From assembly GCA_051002595.1 (NCBI GenBank), contig JBPCMD010000069.1, forward strand, positions 13,544 to 77,543: DNA of 64,000 bases, written 5' to 3'. The stretch is from Gaiellaceae bacterium. GTDB taxonomy: Bacteria; Actinomycetota; Thermoleophilia; Gaiellales; Gaiellaceae. The notes under the pieces were generated by a model. It was not told the origin of the DNA. It saw nothing but the letters and a program-made list of their open reading frames with translations, and searched no databases. This document shows positions 35,916 through 45,373 of the stretch, one piece after another; position 1 is the first letter of the stretch; every line of letters starts with the position of its first letter. The translations under genes and the position numbers were made by a program.

Positions 35916-36548
35916 GTGAACGCAGAGGACGCGCAGGGCAAGCGCTCCGGCGTTCCAAGACGCCGTCCGTACCCGCCGGGTGGAGCGGCCGCAGGCCTTC
36001 CGATACGCGAGGTCTTGTCCATCATGCGCGAAGATTGGGAAACCCATCGTCGCGATGTGACCCAGCCTGGGCTCCATGCCCTGCTCTTGCAGCGCTATGC
36101 GGTCTGGCGGCTCGGCCTTCCGTCCGGTCCCAGACGAAAGGCATTGTCGGTGATCCGCCACATCCTCTGGACGCTCGTCAGGAATCTGTACGGGATCGAG
36201 TTGCACGACACGGCAAGAATCGGTAGAAAAGTGCGAATCGCGCATCAGGGCCGCGTCATCATCGACGGCGAGGCGGCCATCGGCGACGGTTGCCTGATTC
36301 GTCACAATGTGACGATCGGCCGACTTCACGACGAGGGAGGCGCTCCACGGGTTGGCGACAACGTGGACATCGCGCCTGGAGCCGTGCTCGTCGGTGACAT
36401 CACGATCGGGGATCGCGCACGCATCGGGCCGAACGCCGTGGTCGTCGTCGATGTTCCGGCGGATACCACTGCGTTCGCTCCGCCGGCGCGACAACTCCCC
36501 CACGCGGGCAGCATGCCTCGCTCGAGCGGGAAGGCGGACAGGTCATAG
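35916..36548 (+). CDS. Hexapeptide-repeat acyltransferase (serine O-acetyltransferase/WcaB-like)
   Basis: ORF 35877..36548. It has an N-terminal SAT-like helical region. The left-handed beta-helix repeats are IGRKVRIAHQGRVIIDGEAAIGDGCLIRHNVTIG...VGDNVDIAPGAVLVGDITIGDRARIGPNAVV. The start is GTG 35916 or TTG 35877. Confidence 0.75.
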   Translation: MNAEDAQGKRSGVPRRRPYPPGGAAAGLPIREVLSIMREDWETHRRDVTQPGLHALLLQRYAVWRLGLPSGPRRKALSVIRHILWTLVRNLYGIELHDTARIGRKVRIAHQGRVIIDGEAAIGDGCLIRHNVTIGRLHDEGGAPRVGDNVDIAPGAVLVGDITIGDRARIGPNAVVVVDVPADTTAFAPPARQLPHAGSMPRSSGKADRS

Positions 36549-36628
36549 GACGGAGTGCGCGCAGCGAGTCGTCCCTCCATCTGCCGGCGCTCGACCATCT
36601 CGCTGCGGGATTCGTTCGCTCTGCGGCA

Positions 36629-38176
36629 ATGTATCCGCACCGTCCCGCGCTCATGCTCGACGACGAGTCGTGGACCTACGACGACCTCCTGCGCGCAGCC
36701 ACGGCCATCGCCGCCGTTTTGAGCGAGCATACTCCCGAAAACAACCCTCCCTGGACAGCGGTGTTCGCGCATCGGTCTTTTCCCGCTTTCGCCGGCGTCC
36801 TCGGCGTTCTTCTTCGCGGCCACGGCTACGTACCGTTGAACCGGAAACTTCCCGCAATGCGTACCAAAGCGATGTTCGCCCGATCGGGCTGTCGGGCGCT
36901 CGTGGTCGACAATGAATCAGTCGTGCAGCTCGACGAGATCCTCGACGGCGTCGTGGACGAAATCGTGATCGTCGCGCCCGACCTTCCGGACACGCGCGAG
37001 CTCCAGAGCCGCCACCCCGGCCACGTCTTCTTCGGTCGAGATGCCCTCTCCTATGTCGATGCTCCGGTTCTCCGTCGCCCGGAATCCGACGATGTTGCCT
37101 ATCTCCTGTTCACCTCGGGTAGCACCGGAGAGCCGAAGGGTGTGATGGTCGCGCACCGCAACGTCGCACCGTTCGTGCGCGCAATGGCAGATCGGTACGG
37201 TCTGAACGAGGAGGACCGCTGCTCACAGACCTTCGACCTCACGTTCGACCTCTCGGTATTCGACCTCTTCGTCGCCTGGGAGCGAGGGGCGTGTGTCTGC
37301 TGCTTGGCAGACAAGGCGTTACTCAAGCCTGGCAATTTCATACGGGACAACGAGCTGACCGTATGGTTCTCCGTCCCGTCCACAGGGATGTTCCTACAGC
37401 GGTTCGGGATGCTCAAACCCGGCTCGTATCCGTCGCTCCGTTGGAGCCTGTTCTGCGGGGAGGCGCTTCCCGTCGACCTGGCCGAGGCGTGGGCGGCTGC
37501 GGCGCCGCATTCGGTCGTAGAAAACCTCTATGGGCCGACAGAAGCAACAATCGCGTGCACGGTGTATCGCTGGGCCGGCGATCGCACGCGCCACGAAGCA
37601 CGACTCGGCCTGGTCCCTATCGGGCACCCAACCGAAAAGATGTCCGCAGTTGTGGTCGACGGCCACCTGCAGGAGGTCGGAGTGGAAGAAGAAGGTGAGC
37701 TCCTGGTGGCCGGACATCAGGTCGCGTTGGGGTATCTGGACGATCCAGAGCGAACGAACGCTGCGTTCGTCGTGCCGCCGAACCGAGCCGACGTGCACTA
37801 CCGGACCGGAGACCGTGTAACACGAGACGCGAACGGCGTGCTCCATTATCTGGGTCGGCTCGATCATCAGGTTCAAGTGCACGGCCACCGAGTCGAGCTC
37901 GGAGAGATCGAGGCTGCGATTCGCGAGGTGACGGGCGCGGAGGCAGTGGCGGTCGGCTGGCCGATGACGGACAGCGGCGTCGCCGGAATTGTCGCGTTTG
38001 TGGCAGGGGAACATGCACTCGAACTCGCTTCGTTACGGGTGGCGCTCGCGGCTCGACTCCCCGACTACATGCTGCCCCGGGAGGTTCACATCCTGTCTGA
38101 GCTGCCTTTGAACTCGAACGGAAAGTTCGATCGGGTCGCACTTCGTTCTCGTCTCGAGGCTCATGACGACAACTGA
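36629..38176 (+). CDS. DltA-like adenylation enzyme (amino acid--carrier protein ligase)
   Basis: YLLFTSGSTGEPKGV (A3), TFDLTFDLSVFDLF (A4, close to the DltA FDLSVMDLY), YGPTEAT, YRTGD, GRLDHQVQVHGHRVELGEIE and NSNGKFDR (A10). Confidence 0.8.
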   Translation: MYPHRPALMLDDESWTYDDLLRAATAIAAVLSEHTPENNPPWTAVFAHRSFPAFAGVLGVLLRGHGYVPLNRKLPAMRTKAMFARSGCRALVVDNESVVQLDEILDGVVDEIVIVAPDLPDTRELQSRHPGHVFFGRDALSYVDAPVLRRPESDDVAYLLFTSGSTGEPKGVMVAHRNVAPFVRAMADRYGLNEEDRCSQTFDLTFDLSVFDLFVAWERGACVCCLADKALLKPGNFIRDNELTVWFSVPSTGMFLQRFGMLKPGSYPSLRWSLFCGEALPVDLAEAWAAAAPHSVVENLYGPTEATIACTVYRWAGDRTRHEARLGLVPIGHPTEKMSAVVVDGHLQEVGVEEEGELLVAGHQVALGYLDDPERTNAAFVVPPNRADVHYRTGDRVTRDANGVLHYLGRLDHQVQVHGHRVELGEIEAAIREVTGAEAVAVGWPMTDSGVAGIVAFVAGEHALELASLRVALAARLPDYMLPREVHILSELPLNSNGKFDRVALRSRLEAHDDN

Positions 38177-38447
38177 GGACGACGTCCGCGCGTTCATCCT
38201 CGCGCACCTCGAGACCCGCCTCACAGAGGTTGGAGTCGACGGTACGAAGCTCAGTGACGAGAGCGACCTCTTCGCCGAGGGTGTCGTTGATTCACTCGGC
38301 GTGGTGGAAGTGATCGCGGCAGTCTCCGACCGGTATGGAGTCGAAGACGATTGGGATGACTACGATCCGAACGACTTGCTCGTGATCGGTGCGTTTTGCC
38401 GTTTTGTGGCAGACAAGGCGAGGCAGCGGGCACGTACGCAGCCGTGA
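38163..38447 (+). CDS. Carrier protein (DltC/ACP-like, phosphopantetheine attachment site)
   Basis: 94 aa. GVVDSLGVVEVI is a DSL Ser motif. It overlaps the adenylation gene by 14 nt. Confidence 0.75.
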   Translation: MTTTEDDVRAFILAHLETRLTEVGVDGTKLSDESDLFAEGVVDSLGVVEVIAAVSDRYGVEDDWDDYDPNDLLVIGAFCRFVADKARQRARTQP

Positions 38448-39046
38448 TCGAACTGCGCTCGGTCGACGAGCGGCTAGCACAGCGAATGGCTCCACAGCTC
38501 GCGCGGTGGGCCTACGAGGCGGGATCTCCGCTCGACGAATGGCGGTTTGGGGACGAGAGTCGAGCGCTGGATCTTCTCACCACTTGGATATTTCGTTCCT
38601 CGTCAGAAGTTGCCTACGGGCGCTGGCAGGTCGCCTTCGACGGCGACGCGCCGAAGGGTGCGTATGTCGCAATGCCGGAGCCTGACCTGGTCGCGGCCCG
38701 ACGAGCCGATCTCCTCGCTCTCGTCACGTTGGCGGACGGGGTGGCTGATCTACGTGAACGACTAGCGGAGATCAGAGATCTGTTCATCCCCGTGGAGGCT
38801 GCCGACTTCTACCTGAGTCGGATCGTGGTCGAGTCCGACGCACGTGGACGTGGTCTCGGCGCACAATTGCTTGCCGCCGTCATCGCCACCGCCATTTGCA
38901 TCGGCGCCACGGCTGTGCGCGCAGACGTCTCCGCGGGGAATGAAGCTGCGATAGCCCTCTACCGATCACTCGGATTCAACATCGCGCCGGAGCGGATCAG
39001 CAAACGTGCTGGCATTTCCTATCGCGCTGTCAAGCTCGCAATTTGA
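38444..39046 (+). CDS. GNAT-family acyltransferase
   Basis: In-frame GTG at 38444 of ORF 38396..39046 overlaps the carrier-protein stop (GTGA). The acyl-CoA-site-type motif is VVESDARGRGLGAQLL, and NEAAIALYRSLGF is present. Confidence 0.7.
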   Translation: MIELRSVDERLAQRMAPQLARWAYEAGSPLDEWRFGDESRALDLLTTWIFRSSSEVAYGRWQVAFDGDAPKGAYVAMPEPDLVAARRADLLALVTLADGVADLRERLAEIRDLFIPVEAADFYLSRIVVESDARGRGLGAQLLAAVIATAICIGATAVRADVSAGNEAAIALYRSLGFNIAPERISKRAGISYRAVKLAI

Positions 39047-39070
39047 TCCGAGAACGTTCTCTCATGTTCT

Positions 39071-40627
39071 GTGGGCTTGCCGATTCATGGAACCGGCGGT
39101 TCCCGTATCGTCGAGACGCCCGTGCAGGAGCCCAGCGACCTAAGAGCAGCCTCGCTCTCCGGCGTTCGTTGGGTTTCCCTGGCGCGCCTGATAGCAGAGA
39201 TGTTGACGGTTGGATCGAGCGTTGTCCTCGCCCGTCTGATACCGCCCGCTGAGTTCGGCCGTGCCGCGATCGCGTACGGTTTCGTCGCTATCGCCCTGGC
39301 GGTCGCCTGGGCGGGCTTTGGTTCGGCGCTCGTCCAGATGCGGTCGATCGACCGGGAAGACGTCGAGGTGGCCACGTTTCTAAGCGTCGGAACCGGCGGC
39401 GCTCTGGCACTTGTCATTCCGTTCCTACTCGCGCCGTACGTCATAGCGCCACTTTTCGGCGAACGCGTTGCGTACCTGCTGGTTCTCGCGTCTCCGACCT
39501 TCCTCGCTTCCGGGCTCGGTGCCGTTCCGACTGCCATCTTGCAGCGCCAGCTCAAGTTTCGGAGGCTCTCGGAGATCGAGATTGTGGCCCTGGTGGCAGG
39601 GATTGCAGCAGCGATCGTGTTGGCAGCGGTCGGTGAACTTGACGGCGAAGCGATCGTCCTGGGAGGCGTGACCACTGCCTGGGTCGGAACGGTGCAAACG
39701 CTTCTGGTCGTCCGACCGGCGATTCCCCGCTGGCGACGTCACCGAGCCGGAGGTATTGCGAGCTTCGGAGCATTCGCAGCTCTCACGGCCGTCATCGGCA
39801 CGCTTTTCAACAACGTCGATTACGCTATTCTCGGAGCGCGCCTGTCGCCACAAGATGTCGGGTTCTATTGGCGCGCCTACCAGGTCGGTGTCGAGTACCA
39901 GAGCAAGATCAGTGGAATCGTGCTCCGGCTCGCGTTTCCGATCTTCTCGCGTACCGCGGATCTCGGCGAGATGCGGAGACTGCGCGGAAAGATGCTCCGC
40001 GCTCAGACGATCGCGATCTATCCCGTGTTAACGACGTTGATCGCACTCGCCCCCGAGGTCGTTCCGCTGGCTTACGGGCCCGCGTGGGAGCCAGCCGTGT
40101 TTCCGACCCAGGTGCTCGCCGCGGCCGGGATGGCGGCCGCCGCGGTGGCTGGCTCGGCGCAGATGGCATTTGCTGCCGGCAAACCTCGTGCGGTGCTTTG
40201 GTTCTTCATCGCGCTTCTCGCTGGATATGTCGTCGTCGTGACGTGGTCGAGCGCCTTTGGGTTGCGTACGGTCGTGATTGCTGTCGCAGCTTACCAGGTA
40301 GTTTTCGCTGTGCTTCAATTCTACTCCCTCGATCACCGTCAAATGGGTATTCCTCTGCGTGACTCGTGGAACGGAATATTCCCTGCATTGGCCGCAAGTC
40401 TCATCTCACTCAGCGCGACCTATCCGACCGTGCGTCTCATTTCAGCGGCCGGAGCCCTCGACGTCGTCGTCATTCTCGTTGGCGGTATAGTTGCAGTCTC
40501 GATGTACGCGCTCGCCCTTCGAGTTCTGTTTCCTGTCAGCTGGCACCAAACAGCCGCGTTGGCGCGAGCACTTGTTGTACGAGGAGGCGGCACGCGACCG
40601 GCAGACATCGACAAAATCGATGTTTGA
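39071..40627 (+). CDS. wzx: Wzx-type oligosaccharide flippase (MOP/PST family)
   Basis: About 12-14 TM segments. The N-terminal GVRWVSLARLIAEMLTVGSSVVLARLIPPAEFG is typical of polysaccharide biosynthesis protein flippases. The start is GTG 39071 or GTG 39122. Confidence 0.75.
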   Translation: MGLPIHGTGGSRIVETPVQEPSDLRAASLSGVRWVSLARLIAEMLTVGSSVVLARLIPPAEFGRAAIAYGFVAIALAVAWAGFGSALVQMRSIDREDVEVATFLSVGTGGALALVIPFLLAPYVIAPLFGERVAYLLVLASPTFLASGLGAVPTAILQRQLKFRRLSEIEIVALVAGIAAAIVLAAVGELDGEAIVLGGVTTAWVGTVQTLLVVRPAIPRWRRHRAGGIASFGAFAALTAVIGTLFNNVDYAILGARLSPQDVGFYWRAYQVGVEYQSKISGIVLRLAFPIFSRTADLGEMRRLRGKMLRAQTIAIYPVLTTLIALAPEVVPLAYGPAWEPAVFPTQVLAAAGMAAAAVAGSAQMAFAAGKPRAVLWFFIALLAGYVVVVTWSSAFGLRTVVIAVAAYQVVFAVLQFYSLDHRQMGIPLRDSWNGIFPALAASLISLSATYPTVRLISAAGALDVVVILVGGIVAVSMYALALRVLFPVSWHQTAALARALVVRGGGTRPADIDKIDV

Positions 40628-40744
40628 GGGCCAAGTCGTGACCAAGGAGAATGCCAAGCCCGAGAGGCCGAAAGCGGCGATGAGTAGCGCACGACGCGAG
40701 GTACGCACGGGACGAGCCGCCCAGCGGGTCTTCGCCGCCTCCGA

Positions 40745-41668
40745 ATGAAGGCTCAACCGCTTGTCTGGATCGTAACTCCTGTTTACAACGGCGAACGCTA
40801 TCTCTCCGAATGCATTGAGAGCGTTATTGCTCAGACGTACTTTGCCTGGGAGTATCTGATAGTGGACAATCAGAGCACCGACCGTACAGCAGATATCGTT
40901 CGTCAGTACGCGGCGTGTGATTCACGGATTACCTTGTCGCAGAACCGCAAATTCCTACCGATCATGGAGAATTGGAACCAAGCGCTTCGCCGCTTGCCAG
41001 CAGACGCGAAATATTGCAAAGTCGTCCATGCTGACGACACTCTGTATCCTGAATGCCTTGAGAAAATGAGCGCTCTTTCAGAAAAGTATCCTAGCGTAGG
41101 GATAGTGACTTCCTATGCGAAATGGGGTACGGAGATCAGACACGTAGAAGGCGTCCTTTATCCGTTGGAATTCGTCGACGGCAGAGAGATTTGCCGCGCC
41201 ACTCTCGAAGGGAAGTGCTTTGTCTTCGGATCCCCTTCTTCTCTGTTGATGAGAGCCGATCTAGTTCGAGAACGAGCGAACTTCTACAATGAGCGGAACG
41301 TTCATGCGGATACTGAGGCGTGCTTCGATGTGCTTCGTACGACAGAACTTGGGTTTGTTCACGAGGTCCTCACGTATACGAGAATTCACGAAGCAGCTAT
41401 CACTCCGAGCGCACTGAGGATCAACACCTTTGCTTCCGGCTGGCTCATTATCTTGATCAAGTACGGGTCGGACTATCTGAGTCGCGGTGCCTATACGTAC
41501 CGTATGTGGCGTGCTATAAGCCGGTACGGGTTGTTTCTAGCGAAGTCGACGGTTCGCGGAAAGTTTTTCGACCCTCGGTTTCGAGACCACCATCGCTCCT
41601 CGGCGGCGCTCGTTGTTCGAGCGATCGCCCGGCTAGTCAATGTTTGGCGTCCGCAGGGCGATCGGTGA
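40745..41668 (+). CDS. Family 2 glycosyltransferase (visibly lower GC than its neighbours)
   Basis: IVTPVYNGERYLSECIESVIAQTY, LIVDNQSTDRT and HADD motifs. Confidence 0.8.
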   Translation: MKAQPLVWIVTPVYNGERYLSECIESVIAQTYFAWEYLIVDNQSTDRTADIVRQYAACDSRITLSQNRKFLPIMENWNQALRRLPADAKYCKVVHADDTLYPECLEKMSALSEKYPSVGIVTSYAKWGTEIRHVEGVLYPLEFVDGREICRATLEGKCFVFGSPSSLLMRADLVRERANFYNERNVHADTEACFDVLRTTELGFVHEVLTYTRIHEAAITPSALRINTFASGWLIILIKYGSDYLSRGAYTYRMWRAISRYGLFLAKSTVRGKFFDPRFRDHHRSSAALVVRAIARLVNVWRPQGDR

Positions 41669-41800
41669 CGGACCTTGCTACCGGGACTGGGTCGCGACGA
41701 TCGCTGAGTTTTCTTGTGGAGTCGGCGCCCATCTTCCCGCGGCGTAGCGTCTCGAGAATATGGTCCCTGGGCCGACGCGATCGGACTTGTCGCCCTGTTT

Positions 41801-42910
41801 TCAGTGACCTGCCTCGCTAGCCTCGAAGAGCTTCAGATACGAGGCGGCACAGTCACGTATGTCGAACGCCTGCTCGCAACGGGCCCGCGCAAGACGACCG
41901 GCTAGGCGGCGTCTCTCGGCATCGCGTGTTAGTTCGACCAACGCAGTGGCGAGAGCGCCGACGTCGCTGCGAGGTACGACGGAACCGGTGACGCCATCCT
42001 CGACGACTTCGGGGAGTGCGCCGTTGGCCGTGACGACGACGGGCTTCATGCACGCCATCGCCTCTACGGCTGACATCCCGAAGGATTCGACGCAACCGTC
42101 GGAAGGCAACGTCCCGACACTGGCTGCGCGCCAAAAGGCGGGCATGTCGACGCTCCAACCGACGAACTCGACTGAGCCGTTCAGCCCGAGCTCAGTTGAA
42201 AGACGCTCGAGCTTGGCCCGCTCAGGGCCATCGCCGGCGATTCGCAATCGGGCGCCGTCTCGCGCCGGTCCTCGAGCGAACGCGCGCAACAGAACATCGA
42301 TGCCCTTGCCTTCGACGAGGCGTCCCGCGCTCGCGATCGTCACGGCTTTGTCGGCGGCGGTTTTCGTATCTTCCGACTCGCCGGAGAATGCGTCCAGATC
42401 GACGCCATTGTAGATCCGGACGAGTCGGCCGGTGCGGAGCTGGCGCTGCATGCGCGAAAGTACGAAGTTCGACACGGCTACGTCGACGTCGCTCGCCCAG
42501 AAGCCGGCGGCGCGATCGATAGGACGTAAGATCCGGTGACGGAGGCGTTTGCGCTGGAGCTCGAGCGTCGCATCGTGTACGACTGCCACGACTCGGCCGC
42601 GGTAACCTCCTGCTCGCAGTGCGGCTGCGAGATATCCCCCGCGAGGAAGCAGCGCACCGTCGTGTCCCAGTCGTTGCACGGACATCGCGAGCGTTCGCGA
42701 GTGCCGGGCAACGTGGTAGCCGCGCGCGAGGCCGAGCGACGTGTGAGGAATGCCCAGTGCCTCGAGCCGCGCTCCCAGAGGTCCGCTACGAGCGACGAAA
42801 ACGACGCCTGGGTCAGCCCCCAACGTCCGCATAGTTCGGCAGAGCTCGACTGTAAAGGTCTCCGCGCCGCCTATGGCGCCACTCCAGAGAACGGCGGCGA
42901 TACGAGTCAA
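41801..42910 (-). CDS. Family 4 (GT-B) glycosyltransferase
   Basis: ORF 41801..43183. GGAETF and E-x7-E ESFGMSAVEAMACMKP. The start is taken at TTG 42910, overlapping the upstream stop (TTGA). Confidence 0.75.
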   Translation of the reverse strand: MTRIAAVLWSGAIGGAETFTVELCRTMRTLGADPGVVFVARSGPLGARLEALGIPHTSLGLARGYHVARHSRTLAMSVQRLGHDGALLPRGGYLAAALRAGGYRGRVVAVVHDATLELQRKRLRHRILRPIDRAAGFWASDVDVAVSNFVLSRMQRQLRTGRLVRIYNGVDLDAFSGESEDTKTAADKAVTIASAGRLVEGKGIDVLLRAFARGPARDGARLRIAGDGPERAKLERLSTELGLNGSVEFVGWSVDMPAFWRAASVGTLPSDGCVESFGMSAVEAMACMKPVVVTANGALPEVVEDGVTGSVVPRSDVGALATALVELTRDAERRRLAGRLARARCEQAFDIRDCAASYLKLFEASEAGH

Positions 42911-43845
42911 ATCAGGCCCCGGACGGCTCGCAGCGCATCCGGGCAGAAGCGGACGTCGTCCCCCGCCGAGCGCTCTGCAACGTGAGCTAGCAGCTCGTCG
43001 AGTTGACGCGCCTTCCGTTGCGAGCGGTCCCACCGCGTCGCAGCAAGGGCATGCGTTCCGAGCCGCAGCACCCGGAGCGTCGCCAGCGTTGCGCGGGCCA
43101 GCCGCTTCGCTGCTCGCTCGTCGTCGTGGATCGCCACGTACTGGATCCAGCCCAACAGGCTCCAAGCAGCCGGCCAGGAACAAAGACCGTCACTCGCCGA
43201 TGAGCGCCCAACCGCGTGACGGCCGTGGATCGCATCGGTTGTTTGGATAGGCAGACCCGCCTCACGGTAGCGACGTGACAGGTCTCGATCCTCGTAGTAC
43301 AGAAAGAAGCGCGGATCGAATCCACCAAGCCGCATGAACTCTTCCCGCGAGACGAGCAGCATCGCTCCGCTCACCCAAGCCGAGGTCGCATCCCCGGAGC
43401 TACGAACCCGTGGACGCCATTCCCTCGGCCGAAGAGTCTCGAACGTGTGGTTGAAGTACCCGGTGATCCAAGAACTCTCCGCTCGGCGTCGTTCCAGCTC
43501 GCCCTCCAGCGCAGGAGCGATCAATCCAAACGGACGGGCGGCTAGCAGCACGTCGATCCTCGTGATGTCCGCGCTCAGGAGCGAGGAGTCTGGGTTGAGA
43601 AAGAGGAGATGGTGACCCGCCGCAGCCTCTGCCCCGATGTTGCACGCGCGACCGAAGCCCACGTTCTCACCGATCTCGATGACCTGGGCATCGGGTGCCA
43701 CGGCGCGGGCTGCCGCAACCGTCTCGTCGCGAGACCCATTGTCCACGACGATGAGCTCGACGCCCGGAAGGACTTCGCGTACGGACGTGAGGCAGTGGCC
43801 AATGCATCCAGCGGAGTCGTACGTCACGACGACCGCAGAGATCAT
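42907..43845 (-). CDS. Family 2 glycosyltransferase
   Basis: Internal ATG MISAVVVTYDSAGCIGHCL of ORF 42907..43962. LIVVDNGSRDET, and FLNPDS (DxD-like). Confidence 0.8.
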   Translation of the reverse strand: MISAVVVTYDSAGCIGHCLTSVREVLPGVELIVVDNGSRDETVAAARAVAPDAQVIEIGENVGFGRACNIGAEAAAGHHLLFLNPDSSLLSADITRIDVLLAARPFGLIAPALEGELERRRAESSWITGYFNHTFETLRPREWRPRVRSSGDATSAWVSGAMLLVSREEFMRLGGFDPRFFLYYEDRDLSRRYREAGLPIQTTDAIHGRHAVGRSSASDGLCSWPAAWSLLGWIQYVAIHDDERAAKRLARATLATLRVLRLGTHALAATRWDRSQRKARQLDELLAHVAERSAGDDVRFCPDALRAVRGLI

Positions 43846-43882
43846 TGGTGCGGACCTTCCGGCCGAGAGGGAAGGCGCCGCA

Positions 43883-45181
43883 TCACTGGTTCGAACGCGA
43901 GCTAGGGCCCCATGCGGGCATCGTCTCGATACCGGGGCGTCTCGCTCGGGCGTGTTCTCCACGGGCTCCGACTCTCATCGTTCGAAACGTATCCGGCACG
44001 TTTCGATCTCGCAACGTGGCAAAATCCCGGTGGCCGGTCGGATCGCCCGGAGATGCACGCTCGACGTTCCAACTCGGCTCGAGAACCTGCAGGATGCGCT
44101 CCGCGACAGCAGGCCACGTGAAGTGTCGTGATCTCTCGAGCGCGGCGTTGCCCATCCTGGATGCGATTTCAGGGTCGCACAGCGCCGCCATCGCCTCGGC
44201 CAATGCTCGTTCGTCCGAGGGATCGACGAGCAGTCCGGCTCCCTCTCCGATGATGTCACGAGCACCGCCCACGGTCGTTCCGATACTGGGAACGCCGGCA
44301 GCCGCTGCCTCGACGTACACCATCCCGAAAGGCTCGAACTTCGACGGCATCACGAAGCACGTCGCTTTCTCGAACAGCGCCTCCGCCTGTGCTCGGTCGG
44401 AAGGCTCGGAGAAGTCGAGCGATCCGTGCGTGACGATCCCGTCCATCTCGATGCGGGGATGACCGCCTGCGACATCGAGTCGTGCGTGCGGAAACTTTTC
44501 CCTCAGCTGTGCGAACGCTCGGAGAACCATTGGGCCGTTCTTGCGCTCCCAGTCGTAGCCCATGAAGAAGAAACGTGGGCGTGTCCAATCGCGAGCCACC
44601 GGTCTCGGCTCGTAGTTCCTGCCAAAACCCACGATCTTGACCTTTGCCGGATCGACGCCGTAGTCAGAGACGATCGACTCGGCCGTCCATTGGCTGGCGA
44701 CACAACAGCTGGTTGCCGCGTCATAGCATCGCGCTTGACTGTCGGTCCATCGTTTGATCCCAGCAGCCCCCAGTAGATCGGGCAAGCGATCCAACGCTGC
44801 TAGCTGTGGAACTGTCATGTCTTCGTAGGTCACGAACGTCGTAGAGAAAGGGATCTGAAAGTCCGAGCCCATTTGAACAACAGCATCGAAATGACCCTGA
44901 AACCCTCGCACCCTGGCGGTCAGGCGATAGAGCTGCAGAATTTCCGGAGAATAGAGCCCCCCGTGTCGGTTCCCGTGGGCGACCGCGGCCCACAGTTTTG
45001 CGGCGCGTGTCAAGACGCGCCCGGGTTGCGCGTTTATGAGACGAGAGTCGAAACCGAGTTGACGGAGACCGAGTGCCAAACCCGCCGGAATACGCGACCA
45101 CGCTTTCTCAGGAGGGCTCAAACTTCGATAGACGAGTCCTACAACTTGCGCCCGCTCGAGATTGGTCGTCGTCGGCGACAT
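43883..45181 (-). CDS. Family 4 (GT-B) glycosyltransferase
   Basis: ORF 43883..45241. E-x7-E PSKFEPFGMVYVEAAAAGVP. The start is uncertain (45181, 45205 or 45241). Confidence 0.75.
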   Translation of the reverse strand: MSPTTTNLERAQVVGLVYRSLSPPEKAWSRIPAGLALGLRQLGFDSRLINAQPGRVLTRAAKLWAAVAHGNRHGGLYSPEILQLYRLTARVRGFQGHFDAVVQMGSDFQIPFSTTFVTYEDMTVPQLAALDRLPDLLGAAGIKRWTDSQARCYDAATSCCVASQWTAESIVSDYGVDPAKVKIVGFGRNYEPRPVARDWTRPRFFFMGYDWERKNGPMVLRAFAQLREKFPHARLDVAGGHPRIEMDGIVTHGSLDFSEPSDRAQAEALFEKATCFVMPSKFEPFGMVYVEAAAAGVPSIGTTVGGARDIIGEGAGLLVDPSDERALAEAMAALCDPEIASRMGNAALERSRHFTWPAVAERILQVLEPSWNVERASPGDPTGHRDFATLRDRNVPDTFRTMRVGARGEHARARRPGIETMPAWGPSSRSNQ

Positions 45182-45373
45182 ATGTGACCAGTATGCCGAG
45201 GGCATGGCCCGAGGCGTCGGCACGCCGCCGACAGGCAACATGTCGAGGACGACTCACGGATCGGCCGTGTAGACGGCAGGTCGTGCGCGGCCGTTGACGA
45301 ACGTCATGACGCTGCTACGCTGGGAATAGGGCCGTCTCGGACGTCGGACGGCCCGGGGGGAGCCGGATCAGCC

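Noticed and set aside
45294-45321. Sigma-70-like promoter TTGACG-16 nt-TACGCT upstream of the first Wzz/BY-kinase gene
   Set aside because: It is plausible, but a single hexamer match in GC-rich DNA is weak evidence without transcription-start data, so it is not reported as a feature.
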